From an uncultured archaeon (lineage in GTDB: Archaea; Thermoplasmatota; Penumbrarchaeia; JASLWR01), in the NCBI GenBank assembly GCA_964342815.1, contig CAYFHS010000002.1:216790-280789 (forward strand): a DNA stretch of 64,000 nt, given 5' to 3'. The notes beneath the pieces were generated by a model. The model saw nothing but the letters and a program-made list of their open reading frames with translations, had not been told where the DNA came from and searched no databases. Within the stretch, counting starts at the first letter, position 1; each line of letters opens with the position of its first letter. A program made the translations under genes and the position numbers. Positions 49,001-57,953 of this stretch are shown here, in pieces.

Positions 49001-52000
49001 TGAGAGTGCATATCGCCACCTATCAGAAAACCCGTAAGATCCGGACGGATGCTTTGAGAAACGGAGCCGCACGGGAACCCGTCGTTATAGACCGTGGTAT
49101 TCCGCTCATCCACGACGAAAGCCAGGTGCATCCATTCACTCGCGGAAAATCGTCGGAGCGCAGAAACGGTAACGTTTGTCGGCACTCCGAACACTCCCCC
49201 GGCGGCGGACGTGGCGGCAAAGAAATGACCGAACGAGCTTTCCATAAGGGAATATGTTTCACCGCCGCCGAGGCCGGCGCACAGCCTCCACGTTCGTCCC
49301 CCATCAGTGGATTTTACAATCCCCGAAACAATTTCTCCGGTACCTGCGTAGATCGTTCCATCATAAGTCTCCACCAGGGAATATACGGCATGGCCGGGGA
49401 TACCCATAGTGGTCATATTCCAGCTCCCGCCTCCGTTTTCGGACCTGTAAACCCGGGCTCCGGAATCCTTGTACGGAAGCTCCCCGCCGGCAAGTATTAC
49501 CCCGTCGCTAGTTTCCAGCAGCGAATGGATTATCAGCGGCTCTCCATCATAGGCGGTGGCCTGCCAGGTATCGCCGCCGTCCCTGCTCCGAAAAATCGAG
49601 CCCAGATAATTCGTACCGGCGAAGATGGATCCGTCAGAGCTTTCCATCAGTGAATTCACCGCCAATGTCCCTGCGGGAAAGGGGCCGGTGGCTTCCCATG
49701 ACGCTCCTCCGTCCCTTGACCGATAAACTTCACCGGGGACGCCTTCCGTCCCGGCGTAGAGCAGACCCCTGGAGCTCTCCATTAAACAATTGATAGAATG
49801 GGGTGATTGCGTTCCCACGGTGCCCATATCCACCCAGTTCAATCCCCCTGTATTCGTTCTGAACAGCTTTCCGTTGGGTACCGTCCCGGCAAAGATCGCA
49901 CCTCCGGATGCCTGGATGAGAGTAGAGACGTTGGTAGCCCCTGTAAGGCCTCCCGTATTCGTCCAGGTCGCACCATGGTCCAGGCTCTTGAAAACGTCGC
50001 CGTTGGGAGTGGTTCCCGCGTATACAGTGCCGTCTGAGGATTCGAGAAGTGCCCTTACGGACCCGATCCCTGTCAACTCACCGGTAGTTTTCCAGTTCGA
50101 ATCGTTCATCCGATGGCTGATGATGAAGCTGTCGTTTGCTGTGTTGTACATTGCCGTCGTGTCGTTTCCCGTGAACAGACGGTACAGCATCTGTGAACTG
50201 TCATTCGCCGGGAAATCAGGTTTTATACGCATCTCCACAGTCAGCTGTTCATATATTCCCAGCTTACCCGCCCTCACCAGATCATTACTTCCGTCGAATT
50301 TAAGCCCGCCACCGTAGAATCCTTTGGACCTGATTGGCCCGAAAATCGCCCCGTGATTCCCATTACCAGACATGTCCGCTGCCACATCCCCCGCTCCCTG
50401 GTCAAAATGCCAGGCGGCGGAAACGTTTGGGCCGGGAATAGCAGTGTTCGCAGCCAGGGAAAGACTTCCTCCTGCTGTAAGGTTTTCGTAGTCCTCGAGG
50501 CGGGTCGAGGTGATAAAACTGTCACGCCATGCGTTCTCCGCCCGCCATTCCAGACCCCACGATTCCAGTAACGGTTTAATTGTACCTTTAGCTGTGAACC
50601 ATCCCCGTAGTCTGATTGAGGAAATATTCAAATCGTTAAGAACGGAAATATCCGCACTATGCGTGGATATATTTTCGAATCCAGGTATTGGGGTACCGGA
50701 GGCAGCATTCAAGATAGTAACGTTCAGACGGGTATCCTTGGGTTCAGATTTTGCATGACCAAGATGGGACCAGTAAAACGACGGCGGGCGCTCAACTACC
50801 ACAGACTCCAATGAAGTGGTGATATTGGCTTTTTCGGTATGACCAAGATGTACCATTGGTTCCTGCGAAACGTGGTTGCGGATATTGAAGTTGTCGAGAT
50901 AAAATTTGTAGGCATGCCCATTTCCAAGGCCGGTATTCGTAGCATTGTAATAACCGAAAATTACGTAAAAACCGTGCTCAAGAGAGTTGTTCAGGGTCAG
51001 TGCAGCTTGAAATTCATTTTTGTAATATAGCTCGACCTTTGTATCGTCCAGCACGTCCAGCCTTAAGTTTCGAAAAGAACTCCATTCTCTGCCAATGGAA
51101 TTGTTTTCGAAAAGTGAATTTCCGTCCCCGTTGTTCTCCCCCGCTTGAAGGACGGGTGTTAAAAAATTGATGGAATACGACAGGTAAATGTTTTCTACCA
51201 CGGGTGCCTGGGGATGGTAATTGGGGGCCACCAGCAGTATCCTGGCATCCATGGCATCAAAAAGATTATTTTCATTCTTCACAACCATTTGGTCGTATGA
51301 AATTGACGTTCCCGGGAAATAGATATCGCGGCTCATTACGGCGTATCCGTCCAGACCCAGTTCACGGTTCCGGGTCGATTTCAGGCTGCCGCCGTAGTCC
51401 GGGACCAGCGTATTCTCCGCCGTACCGAAAGAATAGGAGATCAGCTTGCCGGTCAGGTTTTTTCCACTGCAATCCTCGAATAGCGAGAAAACCGTGCTGC
51501 CGTTACTCCGGCTTTCGGCAATGGGATTCCCGTAATACATCCGGACCTTGCGTTCTCCGTTTGCAGGTATGTTCGGAATCTTGAGCAAAATGCGGCTTTC
51601 GCCGCTTGCGTTCCATTTCTCGATCCAGTATTCATAATTATTTTCATCACTGTCCACGAACCTGATATCGCTGCCATTTGCATCCGCTTTCGTATAATTG
51701 AAATTCGTGAGGTTGAAATTTATCTTTACCGGGTAATCTGTTAGATTCCCACCCCTTTGGTCCTGTATGGAAATCTCCTGGCGGTAATTCCAGTTGAAGT
51801 CCCACCAGTCCATCTTGACCCTGCTGCCGCGTACCTGGAAATCGGAGTAGTTCGCGAGGCCCGTTTCGTCATTAAAATCGTCAAACCAGCTCCCACCCAT
51901 GGAGTGATTTTCAATAACGACCGAAGATCCGCGCGGTTTGGGAGATAATGGAGATAGCTTTTCGTTAGACAGGTTGCCAGGGCTGGTGATTTGGTCAGTG

Positions 52001-52206
52001 AAGATGGTTTCTGCGGGCGTTTCCAATGGAACAGGTTCGGGGTGAGCTTTTTTTCCCACGATATTGTCTACCCACAATGCACCGGGTTGAAATGACAGTA
52101 TTATGACGGCAAGAAGACAGATTGATCGTTTTACTTTTACTCTTCCGAACAATGGCCGACTCGGTTTTAGAAAAAACATGCTAGTACTTTGATATATATT
52201 AGTCAT
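46099..52206 (-). CDS. Giant single-pass surface protein (DUF2341, LamG, BNR/Asp-box propeller, cadherin/FN3-like) with acidic cytoplasmic tail and C4HC3 Zn finger
   Basis: DGSDIRF..YWIEKW (DUF2341); WHFDQG..F.G..D...DEM (LamG); five S.DGG.TW boxes; TM WLWIGGGIFILILLVVLIFLF; C-x2-C-x12-C-x-C-x4-H-x2-C-x6-C-x2-C. Confidence 0.88.
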   Translation of the reverse strand: MTNIYQSTSMFFLKPSRPLFGRVKVKRSICLLAVIILSFQPGALWVDNIVGKKAHPEPVPLETPAETIFTDQITSPGNLSNEKLSPLSPKPRGSSVVIENHSMGGSWFDDFNDETGLANYSDFQVRGSRVKMDWWDFNWNYRQEISIQDQRGGNLTDYPVKINFNLTNFNYTKADANGSDIRFVDSDENNYEYWIEKWNASGESRILLKIPNIPANGERKVRMYYGNPIAESRSNGSTVFSLFEDCSGKNLTGKLISYSFGTAENTLVPDYGGSLKSTRNRELGLDGYAVMSRDIYFPGTSISYDQMVVKNENNLFDAMDARILLVAPNYHPQAPVVENIYLSYSINFLTPVLQAGENNGDGNSLFENNSIGREWSSFRNLRLDVLDDTKVELYYKNEFQAALTLNNSLEHGFYVIFGYYNATNTGLGNGHAYKFYLDNFNIRNHVSQEPMVHLGHTEKANITTSLESVVVERPPSFYWSHLGHAKSEPKDTRLNVTILNAASGTPIPGFENISTHSADISVLNDLNISSIRLRGWFTAKGTIKPLLESWGLEWRAENAWRDSFITSTRLEDYENLTAGGSLSLAANTAIPGPNVSAAWHFDQGAGDVAADMSGNGNHGAIFGPIRSKGFYGGGLKFDGSNDLVRAGKLGIYEQLTVEMRIKPDFPANDSSQMLYRLFTGNDTTAMYNTANDSFIISHRMNDSNWKTTGELTGIGSVRALLESSDGTVYAGTTPNGDVFKSLDHGATWTNTGGLTGATNVSTLIQASGGAIFAGTVPNGKLFRTNTGGLNWVDMGTVGTQSPHSINCLMESSRGLLYAGTEGVPGEVYRSRDGGASWEATGPFPAGTLAVNSLMESSDGSIFAGTNYLGSIFRSRDGGDTWQATAYDGEPLIIHSLLETSDGVILAGGELPYKDSGARVYRSENGGGSWNMTTMGIPGHAVYSLVETYDGTIYAGTGEIVSGIVKSTDGGRTWRLCAGLGGGETYSLMESSFGHFFAATSAAGGVFGVPTNVTVSALRRFSASEWMHLAFVVDERNTTVYNDGFPCGSVSQSIRPDLTGFLIGGDMHSQESDGGYPAGMKNSSFQGIMDEMILYDRAMGPSEIMDRASTGHKNSTFRSANIFVPENNTWDVFHASRRVDNGTMLNLSIHDAATGQPLAWDNGTSGTISLDLLEINTWEHPVVYLEGFMGSNRTRTPMLIDWALNWTPEKSPKLMQDIPDLMIPEENLTKNLLNLDHHFSDPYSGIRDPIYNVTGFDDANITSEVEGKWLNVISLSVNWTGITRFKVKCTNLYGRMATSNIFNVTVFEVNDLPAWRKFPPAIVLEEDREMTTHYSLGSYVTDDEKDTLDFSVTCDDENITASLDHDHHITIIPKKDYFGNIMLNATVFEAENRSNSSSISLPVTVTPVNDPPVVTLTHPANNSILFSRDVTLSWDFIDVDDENTSFEVYLSKSDPPGFYMGSLESSKLDVRDLEDGATYYWYVVGNDGENSALSTGSTWSFIINTSAMPQVELLFPENGAAVNTTDVNLSWRVINPLPSLTYQIYFGNEKHTLEELGNSTRTWYLLTDLEDKSVYWWKVIPLAGEIPGICSSGVWNFTLDSSYEVLYNLDIHFNSDDLVIIRGRNTTLNLTLVNLGNTNIEVKLSITGPLWGHVSFNRSITVPRGGQTGVQINIHNTTKLDIGNYPLNITAAFVGGKRELNVNILLTDEVVGSDDDDIDDKDDEDKRGGGGLEWLWIGGGIFILILLVVLIFLFHRRKSRSGSVPEKGDGAGEDPDPEDREDGEEEVLEPEIEYIPSHGIANDVMEDRSEIELEPNGIHYGYTRKSESRGPVVVAPDHLSEKGGSGTLKGGVTRIRAKMPSNEEGELVGRIEDGAAEHMEILTSTENAEVNKGRVAPAEKSVSCSICFGIVKTGLPLVTCSCGKKYHLACFERVGECPNCGIGFTEIESNEEEISSKDISSDIHRDENSGSDNYVTVPEAEEGNANGKVPWDCTRKTEKAIGGKDGPVEGKIPVQEVGETETADDDYDDEDFHIEL

Positions 52207-52354
52207 ATAATATTTCTTGGGTGTTTTTAATCAGCTATTTCCCGACGATTGCTATTTTTTTTTATACAATGACACTTGCAGATGTTCATTTGCGAGGGCT
52301 TCCATCAATGAATACAAATATCGTGTTTCATATATCGGGCGGAATTTTCTTATC

Positions 52355-52699
52355 TCATTTATTATTTCTTGTTGCCACCCAATTCATTAATGGGATCATG
52401 GCATCTCTCAGGGCGATACCGTCTTCAGTTAACGTATATTCTACTCTGGGCGGAATTTCCGAGAAGAATTCCCGATCGATAAGCCCTTCTTTTTTTAATT
52501 CTTTAAGCCGTTCCGAAAGTGTTTTTGGACCAATCCCTTGAAGTTCCTTCATAATTTCATTATATCTCAATCTTTTATGATTTCCTATGGTTCCAATGAT
52601 CAGGAGAACCCATTTTCTACTAAGAGTTTCTATGATACCGGTGGCCGGGCACAGACAAAAATTATTTTCTCTCGGATTGGCATTACATCTTTTTGACAT
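52355..52699 (-). CDS. HxlR/YodB-family winged-helix regulator
   Basis: CP..., KW...I, RYNEI...GI.PKTLSERLKEL...GLI.RE...E.PPRVEY.LT; start set at ATG 52699. Confidence 0.9.
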   Translation of the reverse strand: MSKRCNANPRENNFCLCPATGIIETLSRKWVLLIIGTIGNHKRLRYNEIMKELQGIGPKTLSERLKELKKEGLIDREFFSEIPPRVEYTLTEDGIALRDAMIPLMNWVATRNNK

Positions 52700-52884
52700 A
52701 GTAACATTCTCCCTGGAAAGTGACAGTATTACTTTAAACTTGATAGTATAAATACTTCTAATACTATATCTACTTTTATATCGAAAGTGTTGAAACCATT
52801 GTGAATTCAAACCTTGTCCGCGAACCGTAACTGATCCAAAATTGGTTCCGGCAAATTGTTAAAAAGAGAAAAGGAGGTGATAAA

Positions 52885-52968
52885 ATGTGTGAATTGTGTC
52901 TGCAGCAAAACGCAAAGAAAACTGAAGAACAAACCGAAAAAAAGAATAAGGGAAAATGTTGCAAGTAG
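52885..52968 (+). CDS. 27-aa Cys-containing small protein (MCELCLQQNAKKTEEQTEKKNKGKCCK)
   Basis: Perfect AAGGAGGTGA RBS 4 nt before ATG; downstream T-tract; not in the ORF track (too short). Confidence 0.65.
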   Translation: MCELCLQQNAKKTEEQTEKKNKGKCCK

Positions 52969-53061
52969 AGAATTTTCTAGTTCTCTGCTTTTTTTTTATT
53001 GTTATCATTGGGTGAGTAAATCATAAATTGATCTGGGAAAAATTCACATGGTGGTGAAATT

Positions 53062-54189
53062 TCATAGATATTTCTCAAAGAAATTTTCCAGACCGGCTTC
53101 ATAGTTGTCGGAACTAAGGAAACCCTCGTTATGGGTGCCTGAAATAGTCAAGAATTCCTTTGGTTCATTGGCGTTTTTGAAAAGTTCTTCACCATGATAG
53201 TAGGGAATCACCTCATCGTTTCCACTATGTATCACCAGAACAGGGCAGCTTATTTTCCGAACAAGTTCGATGGAATCGTACTCGAATCTCGCCAGTATTT
53301 TTACTGGAACTGGGAGAAACAAACTATTCAGAACATCAGAAGCTATCTTTTCATATGACGCGAATGAGGAATCGATTATAAGCATTTTAGGGGTGTGAAC
53401 TTGAGCTACATTTATTGCGGCGGCACCCCCGAGGGACCGACCATATAAAATAACTTCATTTTCGGAAACATTTCTCTTTTGGACCAGATAGTTCAATGCA
53501 GCTTCGACATCCAGATAAGTGCCTTTCTCGGTTGTTTTTCCCCCGCTGTTACCATAACCCCGATAATCAAAAATAAAGATATCGAATCCCATACCATGAA
53601 ATATCCTAAGATACTGCAATCGATCAGCAATATTTCCCGCATTACCGTGACAAAACAAAATCGTTCCTCTCGAAGAGTTTTTCAGCAGGGACCAGCCCGA
53701 TAGTTCAACTCCATCGGAAGCAGAAAATGAGATTTCATCATAGGCCAAACCAATGTCCATTGGCGTTCTTTGAACATCCTTGGTTGGTTGGTAAAGAACA
53801 TGTGGTTGTAATGCAAAGAACAGGCAGGTCATCGCAGTATAAACACCAACGTAAATCAACAAACCAGACTTGGTGATCCTCCAGATGATCCGTAGAGCGT
53901 TGCGTGTTTTTTGTCTGTGAATATTGAGAATATCAAGGAAGCTAAATCTCTCCGCGATAGCCTGTTTTCGATGGCTCGTCAATATGATTATTTTTATTAG
54001 TCCATAGACGGCACCGATGCTTATGAGGATGATTATTGTTCCGGTGAGAAATGAAGATTCCAAAAAGAAATGACCTGACCAGGCCAATCCGCTCCAGCCA
54101 ATTATGAAACAGAGAAAAATGGCCGAACAATAGAGTAATTGATGTCCGATATAAGTTCTAATGGCAAATAATTTCATTCTTTCCGTCAA
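53062..54189 (-). CDS. Alpha/beta hydrolase (ABHD13/Bem46-like) with N-terminal TM region
   Basis: FCHGNAGN, DYRGYGNS.G, GRSLGG, HS.NDE, G.HN. Confidence 0.88.
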   Translation of the reverse strand: MTERMKLFAIRTYIGHQLLYCSAIFLCFIIGWSGLAWSGHFFLESSFLTGTIIILISIGAVYGLIKIIILTSHRKQAIAERFSFLDILNIHRQKTRNALRIIWRITKSGLLIYVGVYTAMTCLFFALQPHVLYQPTKDVQRTPMDIGLAYDEISFSASDGVELSGWSLLKNSSRGTILFCHGNAGNIADRLQYLRIFHGMGFDIFIFDYRGYGNSGGKTTEKGTYLDVEAALNYLVQKRNVSENEVILYGRSLGGAAAINVAQVHTPKMLIIDSSFASYEKIASDVLNSLFLPVPVKILARFEYDSIELVRKISCPVLVIHSGNDEVIPYYHGEELFKNANEPKEFLTISGTHNEGFLSSDNYEAGLENFFEKYL

Positions 54190-54321
54190 AACACCTTTTT
54201 AAGTTCTTAATCTTAAACTGTTCAAGTATCATAATATCATTTTCGTTCAAATAACTTATAGTTCTCTTTTAAAGAATATTTCTTTAATATTTATAATATA
54301 TTAAGCATATATTAATCACGG

Positions 54322-54570
54322 GTGATTAAAATGCCAGTTGTAAGTTCTGATATTCCGGAACAAATGAATGAGGAGCTTCGACTCCTCGTAGCGGCAGGTC
54401 TTTATAAAAGCAAGAGTGAAGCATTAAGAGACGCCATTCGGGACCTGTCGGATAAATATCATGATAGAATAATGGAAGTTAGAGAAATCCGCGCAAGAAT
54501 AGACAAGGCAATGGGAGAGAGCAAATTGAGCGACATCGTTGACGAAATGCGGGAGGAGGAGATGCATTAA
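54322..54570 (+). CDS. Ribbon-helix-helix antitoxin (CopG/VapB-like)
   Basis: G.YKSKSEALRDAIR RHH motif; stop abuts the PIN gene start (TAAATG). Confidence 0.8.
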   Translation: MIKMPVVSSDIPEQMNEELRLLVAAGLYKSKSEALRDAIRDLSDKYHDRIMEVREIRARIDKAMGESKLSDIVDEMREEEMH

Positions 54571-54967
54571 ATGACCATCTTCTATTTGGATACTTCCGTA
54601 ATCATAAAACGATAAAGAACAGAAGAAGGGACTGCTTTCTACAAAGGACTTCCAAAGAGCAATGACGATATTTTCCAAGGAAACCGACAATATTTCGCTT
54701 AGGCCACTTGGTGAAGAAATATTGACCAAGGCAATTCATGTTGTTATGGATCATACCCTTAGAACCGCTGATGCAATCCACCTGGCGACTGCATTGGTAG
54801 TGCAAGATATGATGTTTGCTCTCGATGAATTTATTGTATTATTATCCAATGACAAGGAAATGTGCAGAGCAGCAGAGAAGGAAGGACTTAGGGTTATTTC
54901 GGCAAAGGATGATAAAATCGCTGAACTAAACAAATTGCTAAATTTGGGTATAGAAAAAAATCTATAA
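54571..54967 (+). pseudogene. PIN-domain (VapC-like) toxin pseudogene
   Basis: MTIFYLDTSVIIKR then TAA at codon 15; the C-terminal LRTADAIHLATAL lies in another frame. Confidence 0.8.
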
Positions 54968-55154
54968 GCCCTCAAAATCTCTTTCCCCCTGCGTCCTTCG
55001 GCCAAAGACCTTTCTACCTGATAATATCCCCGATCTCCTATTGCTTCTCGGCCACAGTCTCCCAATTCTCAACGATAGTGTTAAATATCCTTTGAATCTA
55101 TCAGCACAATCACAAAGATTTTCACGCCAATGGTAGGAATATGAGTGATGAAAT

Positions 55155-55745
55155 ATGAAAGGAATGTATATCCTCATCTTATTGATACTAATTCTCGCCT
55201 CATCAAATATTGGATGTACGGATAAGGAGAAGGAAAATCAAGAAAAACCGATGATTGGTATTACCAACGCACATTGGTATTTTGCATATAACAGATTTAT
55301 AAATCCGGATTATGTATTTTTTCTTTTTAATGCTAGTGAAGGAATCAATATTAATCCAGAACAACATTCTTTCTACATTGGTTATTGGGATGAAACTGTG
55401 TCCGTTCTTAGGAAATTTGATTTTAACAATAGGACATATGATGAACGAGGCAATCCACACGGGGGAGACCGAAATGCGTCATTTGACTATACCGCAGACG
55501 GGAATAAACTATGGAATGAGGGGGAGATCATAGCCTTCGACAGGCCGAAGAAAGAAATGAATCTCAAAGTAGAAATTGGCCGGCCATATAGAGTTTTAAT
55601 AAAAAATTCCCAAGAAGAAATTATATGGGAAGCTGATTGGTTCATTTGGGAAAGGGGCATACCGCTGATTGGAGGGATATATTGGCAATATGTCGAAGTA
55701 AATGGTAATTATACAAATTTCAAAAACTCTCCCAGTTCTCTATGA
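55155..55745 (+). CDS. Putative lipoprotein
   Basis: MK + hydrophobic stretch + GC (Cys21) lipobox-like signal; AT-rich. Confidence 0.65.
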   Translation: MKGMYILILLILILASSNIGCTDKEKENQEKPMIGITNAHWYFAYNRFINPDYVFFLFNASEGININPEQHSFYIGYWDETVSVLRKFDFNNRTYDERGNPHGGDRNASFDYTADGNKLWNEGEIIAFDRPKKEMNLKVEIGRPYRVLIKNSQEEIIWEADWFIWERGIPLIGGIYWQYVEVNGNYTNFKNSPSSL

Positions 55746-56718
55746 TGGTAAAATAAGGGTATCTCAACAAGGAGGAAAAGATGTGCGTATCAATCGAATT
55801 GATATCTCGTTAATAGTCCTTATAATATTCGTGCTAATATTATCTTCAACGGTTGCCTATATATTGTTTTTTTCTGAGGAAGAAGAGAATAATAAGACAA
55901 TATCAAATAACTATGTGACTTATAGTGAAATATTATACCCAGAAGACAAGGTCAATTTCCTTAATAAAAGAATTCACGTGAAAGGTTTTCTCGGTATGAA
56001 ACCTGGAAGAGCAAGTATGGGAAACTCACCTTATTATTTAATGGCGAATGTATTCGAAAACGGAGGACCTATTTTTATCGACTTATACAATCCAAACTTC
56101 CCTTCTGATACTAATTATTCAACACCTTTTATGTACCAAAGAGGATTCGAGCCTTTTTTTCAAAAAGAAGTGATTGTTGATGGTATCGTCAAAAATGCTA
56201 CCTTTTTTCAGAATGGCATAGATGGAGAAACATATCAATATTATTATTTGGAAGTATTGGATATAATTTTAAAGACCGATGAAACATCTCAAACTAAGAT
56301 CAATTTGGATGAAATATCAATTGACAATTCAAAACCGGTTGTTGAAAAAGACATCGTATTCAGTATTAAATTGATAAATATCCGTAATACTATTTTAAAT
56401 AATTTCAACATAACCCTTTCTCTAAATAATTCCATGAATACAATTGTGATTGGGACCACACACTTGGATTCATTGGCCCCGGATGAAACAAAGACGATAA
56501 AATTTTCATGGAAGGCCAAAAAGGGGGAATATCTTCCCTATGTATCAGTTGATGGGGATGTCAATTTGGTTGACGGGGAGAGCCAGAATTCATTTGTTGT
56601 AGTTCAGGGTGAAAGGTCTCAGGATTCAATAATTCCTATAATCTTAATTTCTACAATATCGATCCTGCTAGTCATTATTATCTTCCTTTTACTAAAACGC
56701 AAGAAAAGCGGGAAGTGA
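55702..56718 (+). CDS. Membrane-anchored CARDB-domain protein
   Basis: N- and C-terminal TM helices; L.P.E..TI.F.W CARDB pattern; probable GTG start near 55783. Confidence 0.7.
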   Translation: MVIIQISKTLPVLYDGKIRVSQQGGKDVRINRIDISLIVLIIFVLILSSTVAYILFFSEEEENNKTISNNYVTYSEILYPEDKVNFLNKRIHVKGFLGMKPGRASMGNSPYYLMANVFENGGPIFIDLYNPNFPSDTNYSTPFMYQRGFEPFFQKEVIVDGIVKNATFFQNGIDGETYQYYYLEVLDIILKTDETSQTKINLDEISIDNSKPVVEKDIVFSIKLINIRNTILNNFNITLSLNNSMNTIVIGTTHLDSLAPDETKTIKFSWKAKKGEYLPYVSVDGDVNLVDGESQNSFVVVQGERSQDSIIPIILISTISILLVIIIFLLLKRKKSGK

Positions 56719-56757
56719 CCATGAATTCCCTTGGTATTCCCTTCCTCGTTCTTCGAG

Positions 56758-57045
56758 CTAAACCTGTGGTTCGGTAATTGTTGTTTGGACTTTCTCTATA
56801 TTTTTTACTGCTAAAACTTCGATTTGTCCTTTCAAAATCAAATCTAAAGTTACTCTTGCAGCAATCCCATCTTCGTCATAAAAATGGGACATTTCTTCCA
56901 ATTCTTGCCGTACTTTCTTTGGAACAACGATTTTTGATATCGTTAAACAATCTTTGAGGACCAAACCTAAACCCAAAGAGATTAATGCACTTGTATCCCC
57001 TACAACTATGGTATCAGGAATTCTGTTTGGAATCTTTTTTGGCAC
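56758..57045 (-). pseudogene. Truncated PIN-domain toxin
   Basis: IVVGDTSALI..VP..V..EL PIN N-terminal half; stops before the usual GEAEAI acidic motif. Confidence 0.65.
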
Positions 57046-57334
57046 GTGAAATACTCTCCTTAAGGGTTTCCTTTGCAATCTTTATCTGTTCCGCTGTGTC
57101 AATGCCTACAACACGAGAAAAATCGTCAAAATCAATGTTTCCCTCAAGGAATTGATTGGTAATAATTTCCTTCACTTCTCGGTTCTCAAGATCGTGTTCG
57201 ACGTAATCTACAAGAGCGTCACGAATAATATCTGATCTGCGTTTATATTTCTTATGTGCAATTTGATCAAGTTCGTGCAACAATCTTGAATCTACTCTAA
57301 TACTTACTTGCTGAAGACTCATTTTAACACCCAA
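57014..57334 (-). CDS. Ribbon-helix-helix antitoxin (CopG-like)
   Basis: QVSIRVD..LL.ELD.IA.....RSDIIRDAL; overlaps the PIN gene. Confidence 0.8.
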   Translation of the reverse strand: MGVKMSLQQVSIRVDSRLLHELDQIAHKKYKRRSDIIRDALVDYVEHDLENREVKEIITNQFLEGNIDFDDFSRVVGIDTAEQIKIAKETLKESISRAKKDSKQNS

Positions 57335-57448
57335 TGAAATACATTGACTTACATTTACTTATATTTTTAGATTGTTTTTTCTGAATAATCTACTTCATTT
57401 TAATCCAATTTTTCCCAACAAAAACGTTTTTCCGGTTGGCTCTTACAA

Positions 57449-57769
57449 TTATTTCTCAAAATTCATTTCCATTCCACCAAACCATTTTGAACTAACATTA
57501 TATAGAAAAGCCTCAACAAGTCCTGCGATGAATCCAAATGCGGCGAATATGATTGGCATTCCTATGAGTGCTCCGAACGCAAGCACTGTTCCGTAGCTCA
57601 ATCCCGGGGTCTCTGCGGTAGTGCTGGATATCAATCCGAGGCTTACGGTAATATCTATGATCAGCCCGCCAAATGAGTATAATATCCCGGCAACCAAACC
57701 CACCAGCAACATCAGAAAAGCTTGGAATTTTGCGAGTGAGATCAAATTAATTTTTTTTACCTTTGCCAT
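57449..57769 (-). CDS. Small 2-TM membrane protein (DUF3566-like)
   Basis: KVKKI..ISLAK N-terminus; LYN..SKW.GG.E..FE C-terminus. Confidence 0.65.
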   Translation of the reverse strand: MAKVKKINLISLAKFQAFLMLLVGLVAGILYSFGGLIIDITVSLGLISSTTAETPGLSYGTVLAFGALIGMPIIFAAFGFIAGLVEAFLYNVSSKWFGGMEMNFEK

Positions 57770-57953
57770 TTTAATTCACCTTGCTGAAATTAGATTGGTT
57801 TATGAATTAATATACTTTTTTTATTATAATTCGGTCTGGTAGGATATAAAAATTTGCCTTATTGAAAAAGGAGACTATACCTGCTAGTTTATGAAATTCA
57901 TGTTTTTGTATAATCGTCATTGGATCAGCAGATGAAGAACGGGTTATCTCCGG

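Noticed and set aside
56716-56760. Pyrrolysine read-through of the TAG in the truncated PIN gene
   Set aside because: The sequence after the TAG does not resume a PIN pattern and soon runs into the convergent gene
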